From Pseudomonadota bacterium (lineage in GTDB: Bacteria > Pseudomonadota > Alphaproteobacteria > Azospirillales > Azospirillaceae): a DNA stretch of 64,000 nt. The stretch's first letter is position 1; each line of letters begins with the position of its first letter. Under the pieces are notes generated by a model, which worked only from the letters and a program-made list of their open reading frames with translations, did not search any database and had not been told where the DNA came from. This document shows positions 38,323 to 47,653 of the stretch, in pieces. Made by a program: the position numbers and the translations under genes. The stretch covers positions 132-64,131 of the forward strand of contig JAEYPE010000084.1 in the NCBI GenBank assembly GCA_023411035.1, in the 5' to 3' direction.

Positions 38323-39696
38323 GTGCCGCTGGACCTCTACAACACGCTGACCCGCCGCAAGGAACGCTTCGAGCCGATGAGCCCGGACCGGGTGGGCATG
38401 TATGTCTGCGGGCCCACGGTCTACGACACCGCGCACATCGGCAACGCCCGCCCGGTGGTGGTGTTCGACCTGCTGTTCCGGCTGCTGCGGCGGCTCTATC
38501 CGGCGGTCACCTACGTCCGCAACATCACCGACGTGGACGACAAGATCATCGACCGCTCGCGCGAGAGCGGGGAGCCGATCGAGGCGCTGACCAAGCGCAC
38601 CGCCGACCTCTACCACGCCGACATGGACGCGCTGAACGCGCTGCGCCCGACCATCGAGCCGCGCGCCACCCACCATGTCGGCCACATGATCGCGCTGATC
38701 CAGACGCTGATCGAGCGCGGCCACGCCTATGCGGCGGAAGGGCATGTGCTGTTCTCCGTGCCGTCGATGGCGGAATACGGGCAGTTGTCGCGTCGGTCGC
38801 TCGACGAGATGATCGCCGGCGCCCGCGTGGAGGTCGCCCCCTACAAGCGCGACGCCTCCGACTTCGTGCTGTGGAAGCCGAGCGCCGATGACCAGCCCGG
38901 CTGGGACAGCCCGTGGGGCCGCGGACGGCCCGGCTGGCACATCGAATGCTCCGCCATGGCGAAGGAGCATCTGGGCGTCACCTTCGACATCCACGGCGGC
39001 GGGCTGGACCTGATCTTCCCGCACCATGAGAATGAGATCGCGCAGAGCCGCTGCGCCCACGACGGGGCGCCGCTGGCCCGCTATTGGGTCCACAACGGCT
39101 TCGTGACCGTCGAGGGCGAGAAGATGTCCAAGTCGCTGGGCAACTTCTTCACCGTGCACGATCTGCTGGACGAGTTCCCCGGCGAGGCCATCCGCCTGAC
39201 GCTGTTGAGCGCCCATTACCGCCAGCCGCTGGACTTCACCCGCGAGGGGCTGAAGCACTCCAAGGCCACGCTGGACCGCTGGTATCAGGCGCTGCGCGGC
39301 GACCCGGCCCCGGCGCAGGCGGAACTGCCCTTCGAGGTGCTGGCGGCGCTGGAGGACGATCTGAACAGCCCGCTCGCCATCTCCCACCTTCACGAGCTGG
39401 CCACGGCGGTGAACAAGGCGACCGGGGAGGCAGAGAAGGCCGCCGCCAAGGGCGCGCTGCGCGCCGCGGGCGACGCGCTGGGCCTGCTCCAGCAGGACCC
39501 GGAGGCGTGGTTCCGCTGGGCGCCGAAGGGGGCCGCCGCCCTGTCCGACGCCGACATCCAGCAGCGCATCGAGGACCGTCTGGCCGCCCGCAAGGCCAAG
39601 AACTACGCGGAGGCCGACCGCATCCGCAAGGAACTGGCCGACCAGGGCATCCTTCTGGAAGACGGCCCGCAGGGCACGACCTGGAAGCGGGCTTGA
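38323..39696 (+). CDS. cysS: cysteinyl-tRNA synthetase
   Basis: [18 protein letters not shown] (HIGH) and KMSKSLGN. The GTG start at 38323 follows a CAGGAGA ribosome-binding site. Confidence 0.92.
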   Translation: MPLDLYNTLTRRKERFEPMSPDRVGMYVCGPTVYDTAHIGNARPVVVFDLLFRLLRRLYPAVTYVRNITDVDDKIIDRSRESGEPIEALTKRTADLYHADMDALNALRPTIEPRATHHVGHMIALIQTLIERGHAYAAEGHVLFSVPSMAEYGQLSRRSLDEMIAGARVEVAPYKRDASDFVLWKPSADDQPGWDSPWGRGRPGWHIECSAMAKEHLGVTFDIHGGGLDLIFPHHENEIAQSRCAHDGAPLARYWVHNGFVTVEGEKMSKSLGNFFTVHDLLDEFPGEAIRLTLLSAHYRQPLDFTREGLKHSKATLDRWYQALRGDPAPAQAELPFEVLAALEDDLNSPLAISHLHELATAVNKATGEAEKAAAKGALRAAGDALGLLQQDPEAWFRWAPKGAAALSDADIQQRIEDRLAARKAKNYAEADRIRKELADQGILLEDGPQGTTWKRA

Positions 39697-39700
39697 CGCG

Positions 39701-40930
39701 CTAACCGGACCGGCGCGCCATCGCCTCGCGGCGGCGCGCCGGTTCGGCCGCTTCCTTCTTCCGCCCCGGCGGGACGCCGTTCATCAGGAAGCGCAGCGCC
39801 GGCGACCGGCGGACCAGCCCATGATGGACCGCCAGAGGCACGAACAGCCCCACGGCGGTGATCCCGGCGAACTCCAGCAGCGGCGGGGCGGGGAGGGCCA
39901 GCAGGGCGAAGCCGGCGGCCATGACCACCAGATGGTGCAGCAGGTAGATCGTGTAGGACGCCTGCGACAGCGCCCGTACCCGGCGGCTCTCCGCGGTAAA
40001 ATACGCCCGTGTCAGGCCGAGGACGAAGCGGAAGGCCGTCCAGGCGGCGACGGCGCGCAGGGCCTCGTCCAGAAAGCGGATCGGCATGGGCTTCTGGATG
40101 CCGATCATTCCGGTATGGAGGGAGAAGCACAGCAGGAAGGTCAGCGCGACGCCCCAGCTTGCTTTGGCGTAGCGCCCCGCCCCGCCCGGCCAATGGGCGA
40201 TCAGCACCCCGACGCCGAAGAAGCCCGCCGAAGTGACGAGGCTGACCGCTGTGGAGTTGGTCGGCACCAGCGGCTTCACCAGCCGAAGGGAGATGTTGTC
40301 GAATCCCAGCACCCCGATCATGACGAGGCTGAGCAGGGCCGGCGGCAGCCAGCCCGGCGGCTCGGCCAGCCGGCGGGCCAATCCGGGTGCGCGTTCCGCC
40401 ATCCGCCGGTGCAGCGCCACCAGCAGCGGATAGGCGAGGCAGAGCGCCAGGACGCTGATGAACAGTTCCACCAGGAACCACAGATGGTAGACGAGAGCGC
40501 CGCTCCAAAAGGCGGTGGGGATGGTTCGGGTGAGGAATTCCACCGCGATCAGGGCGGGGTCGATCGCGCGCTTCTCCATCCACAGCTGCGCGACGTTCAA
40601 CGTCGCCGCCATGGCGACGAGCGGAACCAGCAGCCTTGACGCCCGCGAGGTCAGCGTCGCCCGTGGCCCGTGGCGGCGCAGGCTATGCGCGATCAGCAGG
40701 CCGGAGATCAGGAAGAAGGCGGGCATGCGGAAGCTGTGGATGACATCCGCGAGCAGCCCGATCCAGGGGATGCCGTCGGGCGAATTTATCACCCAGTCGT
40801 ATCCCGGCGTGTAGATCAGCGCCGCATGGTAGGGAACGCCGAGGATCATCAGCAGGCTGCGCGCCGCATCCAGGGAGTGGTCCCGTGTGCCGCCGCTGTT
40901 CGAGCTGATCGCCACGCCCGCGCCCGCCAT
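39701..40930 (-). CDS. acyltransferase family 3 (OpgC/OafA-like) membrane protein
   Basis: 409 aa with about 10 TM helices. The N-terminal LDAARSLLMILGVPYHA and FRMPAFFLISG are typical of Acyl_transf_3. Confidence 0.7.
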   Translation of the reverse strand: MAGAGVAISSNSGGTRDHSLDAARSLLMILGVPYHAALIYTPGYDWVINSPDGIPWIGLLADVIHSFRMPAFFLISGLLIAHSLRRHGPRATLTSRASRLLVPLVAMAATLNVAQLWMEKRAIDPALIAVEFLTRTIPTAFWSGALVYHLWFLVELFISVLALCLAYPLLVALHRRMAERAPGLARRLAEPPGWLPPALLSLVMIGVLGFDNISLRLVKPLVPTNSTAVSLVTSAGFFGVGVLIAHWPGGAGRYAKASWGVALTFLLCFSLHTGMIGIQKPMPIRFLDEALRAVAAWTAFRFVLGLTRAYFTAESRRVRALSQASYTIYLLHHLVVMAAGFALLALPAPPLLEFAGITAVGLFVPLAVHHGLVRRSPALRFLMNGVPPGRKKEAAEPARRREAMARRSG

Positions 40931-41204
40931 TGTTCATGCCTTTCGGAGACTCATTCGTCCCACCCCCCGAACGAACGCGCCGGGGCTTCGTCCGGATGCG
41001 CTGGCGGAGTCGGCTAATTCGGGGAACTGACGAGGGGGTAAGCCTTTTCCGCCGGACGCGCAGCCATCCGGATCGACTTGCGCCAAGGGTTCACGGTGCG
41101 GGGGCGAACCTGCTAAAAGACCATCGCGGAGCGCTCGCATTCACGCGGGTGGCGCCGTCGTTCGCGCCCGTATTTCCGCGGGTGGCCTTTGGAGGATTCC
41201 GCTC

Positions 41205-41669
41205 ATGCCCTGGCTCGCCGCCTACATCGGCAGCGTACTCGCCATCAATTACGCCTTCAGCCTTGCGCCGCATCTGGACCTGCTGTGGTCCTGCTGGGCC
41301 GGGCTGATCTTCGTCCTGCGCGACATGGTGCAGGTCCGCTACGGCCACTGGTCGCTCGCCGCCATGCTGGGCGCCACGGTGCTGTCCTTCCTGCTGGCCG
41401 ATCCCCTCGTCGCCACGGCCAGCGTCACCGCCTTCGCCGTGTCGGAGCTGATCGACTGGGGCGTTTTCACCGTCACCCGCCGTCCGCTGCGCGACCGGCT
41501 GTGGATCAGCGCCGCCCTGTCGGTGCCGGTCGATACGGCGCTGTTCTTCGGCATGCTCGGCATCTGGGACCCGGCCGTCTGGGGAGCCAGCCTCGCGTCG
41601 AAGCTGGCCGGCGTGTCCGTCGTGTGGATGCTGATGCGCGCGCGGGCGGCACGGCCGGTGGCGGCCTGA
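41205..41669 (+). CDS. VUT (YhhQ/DUF165)-family membrane protein, short form
   Basis: FVLRDMVQVRYGHW...ASVTAFAVSELIDWGVFTVTR resembles the queuosine-precursor transporter family. GGAGGA lies upstream of the ATG. Confidence 0.55.
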   Translation: MPWLAAYIGSVLAINYAFSLAPHLDLLWSCWAGLIFVLRDMVQVRYGHWSLAAMLGATVLSFLLADPLVATASVTAFAVSELIDWGVFTVTRRPLRDRLWISAALSVPVDTALFFGMLGIWDPAVWGASLASKLAGVSVVWMLMRARAARPVAA

Positions 41670-41682
41670 TCCGGTCCCGGAT

Positions 41683-41790
41683 TTGGCAATCGCCGACTCG
41701 GGGAAACACCAGCTCCGCCGCGGTCCTTCCGGGCTGAATCAGGGCTGAATCCGGGCCGGAACGGGAGGCCGCGGCGTCGGCGATTGCCAA
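41683..41790. repeat. 108-bp element bounded by perfect 15-bp inverted repeats (long nested hairpin)
   Basis: TTGGCAATCGCCGAC (41683-97) pairs with GTCGGCGATTGCCAA (41776-90). Inner stems are GCCGCGG/CCGCGGC and TTCCGG/CCGGAA. An internal tandem GGGCTGAATC x2 is present. The element fills the gap between convergent stops. Confidence 0.7.
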
Positions 41791-41799
41791 GAACGGGCG

Positions 41800-43653
41800 C
41801 TACGCCACCATGTCCGCCGCTTGGGCGGTCTGGCGGGTGCCGCCCGCCTCGTCCGGGATCTCGACCAGGAAGATGGCGCCCCGGCCCGGACGCGACAGCA
41901 CACGCAGCCGGTAGCCGAGCAGGCGGCTGAGCCGCGCCACGGTGGCGAGGCCGAGGCCGAGACCCTTGCGGCGGTCGCGCTCCGGATTGCCGATCTGGTA
42001 GAAGTCCTCGAAGATCAGATGCAGCCGGTCCTGCGGGATGCCGGGGCCGGTGTCCTGCACCTTGATGGCGGTGAAGCCGCGCGCCTGCCGGCAGGTCACC
42101 CGGATCGTGCCGCGGTGCGTGTATTTCAGCGCGTTGTTCAACAGGTTGCGCACGATCCGTTCCAGCATCGCCGGGTCGGTCGTCACCCGCGCGGCATCGC
42201 AGGTGACGCGGAAGCCCAGCCCCTTGCCCGCCGCTTCCAGCCGGCCTTCCTCGCAGATGCGCTCCAGGAAGGCGGGCAGGTCCAGTTCCGCAAGCTGCGG
42301 GCTGGTCACGCCGGATTCCAGCATGGCGATGTCCATCAGCGAGTTCAGCAGGCGCTGGGTCGCCTCGAAGCCGTCGCGGGCGGCGTCCACCAGCTTGCGC
42401 AGCGCCGGCCCCTCCGCCTGCTCGCCGATCATGTGCAGATAGATGCCCAGCGTCTGGAGCGGCTGGCGCAGGTCGTGGCTGGCCGCGGCCAGGAAGCGCG
42501 ATTTGGCGGCGTTGGCCTGCTCCGCCTCCGCCCGCGCGCGGGCCAGCGCGTCGTGGCTGCGGCGCAGTTCCGCCATGCGGTGGCGGTCCTGAAGGACGGA
42601 GTTGACGGTGGCGACCAGAAGCAGGGTGATGATGAGGCCGGCGAACAGCACCCCGCGCGGGGTGGCGCTGGCGACGCTCTGCTCGAAGGCGCGGGTGCCG
42701 GACAGGACCAGCGTCCACGGACGCCCGAACACGTCGATGCGGATGACGTCCTGAAAGGCGGCGGGCCGGTCGGGTGCGGAATCGAACATCAGCGAGTCCG
42801 GCGTGTCCTCTTTTCCGTCGTGGATGCCGTCATAGACGCGGATGTTCAGAAACTCGGAGGCCCCCTGGCTCATGATGCTGCGCATCAGGTCGTGCGCGCG
42901 GAAGGGGCTGTAGACGAAGCCGAGCAGCGCCTCCCGGCGGTCGCGGACGCTGGTCAGCGGCTGGTGCTGGTCGTAGACCGGCACATAGATGAGGAAGCCG
43001 GGCTGGATGTCCTGGTCGGTTTCCTGGACCAGCCGCAGCCGGGCGGTGGCCGCGGCGGCGCCGCTGTCGCGGGCGCGTTCCATGGCGGCGCGGCGGCTCG
43101 GGTCGGCGTGCATGTCGTAGCCGAAGGCCCGCAGGTTGCGGCTGGCGAAGGGCTCGATGTAGACGATGGGGAAGTATTCGGGCCGCTCCCCCTCCGGCGT
43201 CACGCGGTAGCCGTAGAAACCGGCGGCGTGCAGCGACGCCTCGTGCTGCACCCGGTTGGCGGCCTTCACGCGCTTGGCGTAGCCGATGGCCTGGATGCCG
43301 GGATAGCGGTCCTCCACATGCAGGCCGGCGACGTAGGCCCGCCATTCCGTGCGGCTGACCTGCCCGCCGCCCGCGTCCACCATCGCCACGGCGCCCTGGA
43401 GCATCTGCTCATAGGTGTCCAGCCGGGCCGTGATGTCGCCGGTCAGGTCGCGGGCCAGCGCGCGGAAGCGCGCCTCCGCCAGCCGGTGGTTCTGTTCGGT
43501 CAGCAGCAGCCAGGCGAGGCCGGTCAGCAGCAGCCCCAGCCCGAACACAACCCAGCTTTCCCAGGACCGGAACAGCCGCCCGCCGGGTTCGGCGGCGCGA
43601 GCGCCCTCCGGCTCCGGTCGTGCCGGTTGCCGTGGCGGCAAGGGAGCGTCCAT
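41800..43653 (-). CDS. sensor histidine kinase with periplasmic CHASE domain
   Basis: The start is ATG 43653 (MDAPLPP). Two TM helices flank a CHASE-like domain (RTEWRAYVAGLHVEDRYPGIQAIGYAKRV). The H-box is FLAAASHDLRQPL, followed by an HATPase domain. Confidence 0.85.
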   Translation of the reverse strand: MDAPLPPRQPARPEPEGARAAEPGGRLFRSWESWVVFGLGLLLTGLAWLLLTEQNHRLAEARFRALARDLTGDITARLDTYEQMLQGAVAMVDAGGGQVSRTEWRAYVAGLHVEDRYPGIQAIGYAKRVKAANRVQHEASLHAAGFYGYRVTPEGERPEYFPIVYIEPFASRNLRAFGYDMHADPSRRAAMERARDSGAAAATARLRLVQETDQDIQPGFLIYVPVYDQHQPLTSVRDRREALLGFVYSPFRAHDLMRSIMSQGASEFLNIRVYDGIHDGKEDTPDSLMFDSAPDRPAAFQDVIRIDVFGRPWTLVLSGTRAFEQSVASATPRGVLFAGLIITLLLVATVNSVLQDRHRMAELRRSHDALARARAEAEQANAAKSRFLAAASHDLRQPLQTLGIYLHMIGEQAEGPALRKLVDAARDGFEATQRLLNSLMDIAMLESGVTSPQLAELDLPAFLERICEEGRLEAAGKGLGFRVTCDAARVTTDPAMLERIVRNLLNNALKYTHRGTIRVTCRQARGFTAIKVQDTGPGIPQDRLHLIFEDFYQIGNPERDRRKGLGLGLATVARLSRLLGYRLRVLSRPGRGAIFLVEIPDEAGGTRQTAQAADMVA

Positions 43654-43667
43654 GCCGGTCCGGCTCC

Positions 43668-44060
43668 TCACGCCATGCCGGCGGGCCGCTCCCGCAGGAT
43701 CTTGGTCAGCACCGCCTGGAGATGGGGCGGCAGAACCGGCTTTTGCAGAACCGTCAGCCCGCGCGCGCGGGCGTCGCGCAGCCCTTCGGTGGAGGTGTCG
43801 CCGGTGATGATGACGCCCGGCACTTCCGCCCCGGACACCGTCCGGATGCGGTCGATGGCCTGCACGCCGGTGCGCCCTTCGCGCAGGCGGTAGTCGGCCA
43901 GGATGGCGTGGGGCGTTTCCCCGGCGGAGGACAGGCGGTCGACGGCCTCGCCCTCGCTTTCGGCGGTGACGACGCGGTACCCCCACATCTCCAGAAGGAG
44001 ATTCAGGGCCTGCAGAACCGTCCGCTCGTCGTCGATCACCATAACCAGCTCTTTGGGCAC
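43668..44060 (-). CDS. single-domain response regulator (receiver only)
   Basis: VMVIDDERTV...ILADYRL...ITGDTS...QKP has the receiver signature. The start is uncertain: GTG 44060 is chosen, and the tracked ORF starts at TTG 44105. It lies 14 nt upstream of the kinase gene. Confidence 0.8.
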   Translation of the reverse strand: MPKELVMVIDDERTVLQALNLLLEMWGYRVVTAESEGEAVDRLSSAGETPHAILADYRLREGRTGVQAIDRIRTVSGAEVPGVIITGDTSTEGLRDARARGLTVLQKPVLPPHLQAVLTKILRERPAGMA

Positions 44061-44410
44061 GAGCTTGTTCCGGTCGTCGTCACACGCGGGAGTCACAGCG
44101 TCCAATCCATCCGTTCAGAAGGGCCGGTGTTCGTGCAGATCAACCGGCAACCGGCCAAAAAAGAGTGGCGCACCCATGAGACGGGGGCCATGCGAAGGGC
44201 CGGTTGTGTAGCACAGACAATGGTTTGTTCGGTCAGTGCATTTGTCCTATTACCTCCATTGCGTGACCATGACCGGCGCGGCAAAGCCCCGCATTCATGG
44301 CGGTGCCCATCAAAATCATTGAGATGACGGAGCGCATCGTCCATTCTTCCCGCCCTTCGGACAGTCCTACGACCTTCCTTCGGGCGACCACGATTTTTCA
44401 GGCAGCGGCA

Positions 44411-46015
44411 ATGACGGGCGAACGCATCTATCTCTATGACACGACGCTGCGCGACGGGGCGCAGACCCAGGACGTGGATTTTTCCGTCGCCGACAAGATC
44501 GCCATCGCCCGCGACCTCGACCGGCTGGGAATCGATTATGTGGAAGGCGGCTGGCCCGGCGCCAACCCGACGGACGACCAGTTCTTCGCCGGGGCGCCGG
44601 ATCTCGCCCGCTCGATCTTCACCGCCTTCGGCATGACGCGCCGTCCGGGCCGCAGCACCGCGAACGATCCGCAGCTCGCCGCCCTGATCCAGTCCAAGGC
44701 GCGCGCCGTCTGCATCGTCGGCAAGACCTGGGACTTCCATGTGGACGTGGCGCTGGCCATCCCGCGGGAAGAAAATCTGGAGCTGATCGCCGACAGCATC
44801 GCCGCCCTGAAGGCCGCCAAGGGCGAGGCGCTGTTCGATGCCGAGCATTTCTTCGACGGCTACAAGCGCAACCCGGCCTACGCCGCTTCCTGCATCAGGG
44901 CCGCCTTCGAAGCGGGCGCCCGCTGGATCGTGCTGTGCGACACCAACGGCGGAACGCTGCCGCACGAGATCGACGCCATCGTCCGGCAGGTGATCGAGGA
45001 GCACGGCATCCCCGGCGACCGGCTGGGCATCCACTGCCACAACGACACCGAGAACGCCGTCGCCAACTCGCTGGCCGCGGTGCGGGCGGGCGTGCGGATG
45101 GTGCAGGGGACGATCAACGGGCTGGGCGAGCGCTGCGGCAACGCCAACCTTGTCTCCCTGATCCCGTCGCTGATGCTGAAGATGGGCTTCGACGTCGGCA
45201 TCGACCCCGCCGACCTGCCGCTGCTGACCGAGATCAGCCGCAAGTTCGACGAGCGGCTGAACCGCGCCCCCAACCGCCACGCCCCCTATGTCGGCGCCAG
45301 CGCCTTCGCCCACAAGGGCGGGCTGCACGTCTCCGCCGTGGAGAAGGACCCGTCCTCCTACGAGCATGTGGCGCCGGAATCGGTGGGCAACCGCCGGCAG
45401 ATCGTCATGTCGGATCAGGCCGGGCGCTCCAACGTCATCGCGCGGCTGCGCGAGATGGGCATGGCCGTGGACCCGAAGGACGAGCGGCTGAACCGCCTGC
45501 TCGACGTCGTGAAGCAGCGCGACACCGAGGGCTACGCCTACGACACCGCCGAGGCCAGCTTCGAGCTGCTGGTCCGCCGCGAACTGGGCGAGGTGCCGGA
45601 CTATTTCACCCTGAAGCGCTTCCACGTCACCGACGAGCGCCGCTACAACGCCAAGGGCGAACTGGTGGTGGAATCCGAAGCGGTCGTGCGCGTGCGCATC
45701 GGCGGCAAGGAGTATCACGAGGTGGCCTCCGGCAACGGCCCGGTGAACGCGCTGGACACCGCGATGCGCAAGGCGCTGGAGCCGCTGTACCCGCTGCTGG
45801 ACGGGGTGAAGCTGTCCGACTACCGCGTGCGCATCCTGGCGGCCAAGGACGGCACCGGCGCCATGCCGCGCGTGCTGATCCGCTCGCGCAACGGCGACGG
45901 GTCGGAATGGTCCACGCTGGGCGTCTCCACCAACATCATCGAGGCGTCGATGGAAGCGCTGGTGGACAGCTACACCTTCAAGCTGTTCAAGGGCGGAGCG
46001 GTGCCGCGGGAGTGA
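44411..46015 (+). CDS. cimA: (R)-citramalate synthase (LeuA-related)
   Basis: MTGERIYLYDTTLRDGAQTQDVDFS...DYVEGGWPGANPTD, HCHNDTENAVANS and a C-terminal LeuA-dimer-type regulatory domain. The start is ATG 44411. Confidence 0.8.
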   Translation: MTGERIYLYDTTLRDGAQTQDVDFSVADKIAIARDLDRLGIDYVEGGWPGANPTDDQFFAGAPDLARSIFTAFGMTRRPGRSTANDPQLAALIQSKARAVCIVGKTWDFHVDVALAIPREENLELIADSIAALKAAKGEALFDAEHFFDGYKRNPAYAASCIRAAFEAGARWIVLCDTNGGTLPHEIDAIVRQVIEEHGIPGDRLGIHCHNDTENAVANSLAAVRAGVRMVQGTINGLGERCGNANLVSLIPSLMLKMGFDVGIDPADLPLLTEISRKFDERLNRAPNRHAPYVGASAFAHKGGLHVSAVEKDPSSYEHVAPESVGNRRQIVMSDQAGRSNVIARLREMGMAVDPKDERLNRLLDVVKQRDTEGYAYDTAEASFELLVRRELGEVPDYFTLKRFHVTDERRYNAKGELVVESEAVVRVRIGGKEYHEVASGNGPVNALDTAMRKALEPLYPLLDGVKLSDYRVRILAAKDGTGAMPRVLIRSRNGDGSEWSTLGVSTNIIEASMEALVDSYTFKLFKGGAVPRE

Positions 46016-46135
46016 TGGGTTTCCGTCCGGGCATCGCTTTGACTCTTTGTGTCCTTCGTGTCTTTGTGATGAAAATCCGCCGGCGCCCCCGGCGTGTTAT
46101 CCCTCCGACGAATCGCCACAGACTGTCCTGAACCG

Positions 46136-46906
46136 ATGACCTCCGGCAAAGACCCCAACCGGCCCTCCGTCCTGGGCGGCCCGACCATCATCCTCGTCCA
46201 GCCCCAGCTTGGCGAAAACATCGGCGCCTGCGCGCGGGCCATGCTGAATTGCGGCCTGACCGAGCTGCGTCTGGTGAAGCCGCGCGACGGCTGGCCGAAC
46301 GAGAAGGCGGTGGCCGCGGCGTCCGGCGCCGATCCGGTGCTGGACGGGGCGAAGCTGTACGACACGACGGCGGACGCCGTGGCCGACCTGAACGTGGTAT
46401 TCGCCACCACCGTCCGCACCCGCGGGATGATCCAGGAGTTCGTCACCCCGCGCACCGCGGCGGCGGAATTGCGCGCCCATTTCGACGCCGGGCACAAGAC
46501 GGGCGTGCTGTTCGGACCGGAGCGCACGGGGCTGGTCAACGACGACCTGACGCTGGCGGAGAAGCTGATCACCGTTCCGCTGAACCCGTCCTTCTCCTCG
46601 CTCAATCTGGCGCAGGCGGTTCTGCTGATCGGCTACGAGTGGTTCCAGACCGGGGAAATCCCGCCGGACCGCGTGCTGCACACCGGCCAGACCCGCCCGG
46701 CGACCAAGGCGGAACTGCTGAACTTCTTCGAGCATCTGGAAGGCGACCTGGACCGCACCGGCTTCTTCACCTCGCCGGAAAAGCGCCCCTCCATGGTCCG
46801 CACGCTGCGCAACGCCATCGAGCGGATGCAGATGACCGAACAGGAGGTCCGCACCTTCCACGGCGTCGTCGCCGCGCTGACCGGACGCCGCAAGGGCGAG
46901 GCGTAA
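46136..46906 (+). CDS. trmJ: SpoU/TrmH-family RNA 2'-O-methyltransferase (TrmJ/LasT-like)
   Basis: ILVQPQLGENIGACARAMLNCGL...LLFGPERTGL...IPLNPSFSSLNLAQAV. Confidence 0.7.
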   Translation: MTSGKDPNRPSVLGGPTIILVQPQLGENIGACARAMLNCGLTELRLVKPRDGWPNEKAVAAASGADPVLDGAKLYDTTADAVADLNVVFATTVRTRGMIQEFVTPRTAAAELRAHFDAGHKTGVLFGPERTGLVNDDLTLAEKLITVPLNPSFSSLNLAQAVLLIGYEWFQTGEIPPDRVLHTGQTRPATKAELLNFFEHLEGDLDRTGFFTSPEKRPSMVRTLRNAIERMQMTEQEVRTFHGVVAALTGRRKGEA

Positions 46907-46948
46907 CCTCTTCACAACCGGGGCGGAACGCGGCCTGTACCGCCCCGG

Positions 46949-47143
46949 ATGGAATACACCCTCCAGCATGTGGACGTCGGCCTCGTCCTGCTCGACGGCG
47001 ACCGGCGCGTCGTGCCGGTCAACGCCGCCGTGGGGCGGATGCCGGGCCATTTCCGTCCGGTGCTGGGCGCCAGCCTGCACGACCTGCGCCCGCCGGGCAG
47101 CCGCGGGCACATCGCGCGGCTGAAGAAACTGCGGGCTCTCTGA
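46949..47143 (+). CDS. 64-aa ORF resembling the N-terminal half of a PAS domain (small protein or gene remnant)
   Basis: GC3 is about 92% in this frame, a strong coding signature. VGLVLLDGDRRVVPVNAAVGRM is PAS-like. At 64 aa it is too short for a complete PAS fold. The ATG immediately follows a 9-bp GC hairpin (46918-46948), and I see no clear SD. Confidence 0.4.
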   Translation: MEYTLQHVDVGLVLLDGDRRVVPVNAAVGRMPGHFRPVLGASLHDLRPPGSRGHIARLKKLRAL

Positions 47144-47202
47144 AGCCCTTCACCTCACGCGCATCAGGGTTGACCCTGCCGCCTTGTGACATCCCTCGAT
47201 GA

Positions 47203-47216
47203 TTGATCCGCCTCAA
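47203..47216 (+). promoter_or_regulatory. FNR/FixK-type box TTGA-N6-TCAA
   Basis: TTGATCCGCCTCAA is centred about 92 nt upstream of ATG 47302. A TAGAAC -10-like hexamer at ~47239-47244 is at class II spacing. Confidence 0.45.
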
Positions 47217-47301
47217 TCGCCCCGCCCCGGTACAGACGTAGAACTGATCCATGGCCGGCGTCCGCATCGGGCGGGCGCCACGATGACGAGGAGAAAAGGC
47301 C

Positions 47302-47514
47302 ATGGCTTTCCCGGATGACGACCGCGCCTATGTGGACCAGCTCGTGGAGGAGTATTACGGCGACCGCCTCGACGGGTTCGCACCGGAGCGCCTTGCCGCG
47401 CTGCAAGAGCTTTTCGGCGAGGTGATGTGGCACGAGGGGATCGAGGCGCTGACCCCGCAGCGGCTGGACGCCCTTCTGGAATTCACCGCGGAAGAACTGA
47501 CGGCCGCCGCCTGA
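47302..47514 (+). CDS. hypothetical acidic 70-aa protein
   Basis: High GC3 in frame, with GAGGAG 8 nt upstream of the ATG. I recognise no family. Confidence 0.55.
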   Translation: MAFPDDDRAYVDQLVEEYYGDRLDGFAPERLAALQELFGEVMWHEGIEALTPQRLDALLEFTAEELTAAA

Positions 47515-47653
47515 GCGGTGGAAGCGCGATCCGTTCGCGCGGAACACCCGCCGTTCATGCCGCCCGCCCGCCGTTCGTGCAGAGGGCCTTGCTCCCGGAC
47601 CCGCTTTCCACGATGAAAGAGGCCAGCGTCGCCTCATCCGTGGGAAAACGACC

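Noticed and set aside
41339-42718. 459-aa minus-strand ORF overlapping the VUT gene and the kinase gene
   Set aside because: It is an alternative frame of the histidine kinase (real frame 41800..43653) and is antisense to the VUT gene. No motifs are present.
44297-44410. Ile-containing in-frame extension of cimA (MAVPIKIIEMTERIV...) as a possible attenuation leader peptide
   Set aside because: It is in frame with cimA with no intervening stop, so it is not a separate leader ORF. No terminator/antiterminator pair is evident. ATG 44411 gives the conserved CimA N-terminus.
47515-47653. Sigma54 (-24 GG / -12 GC) promoter or NifA UAS (TGT-N10-ACA) upstream of cowN
   Set aside because: I looked for TGGCAC-N5-TTGC-like spacing and a UAS in 47150-47653 and found no convincing match. 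Only the FNR-type box further upstream stands out.
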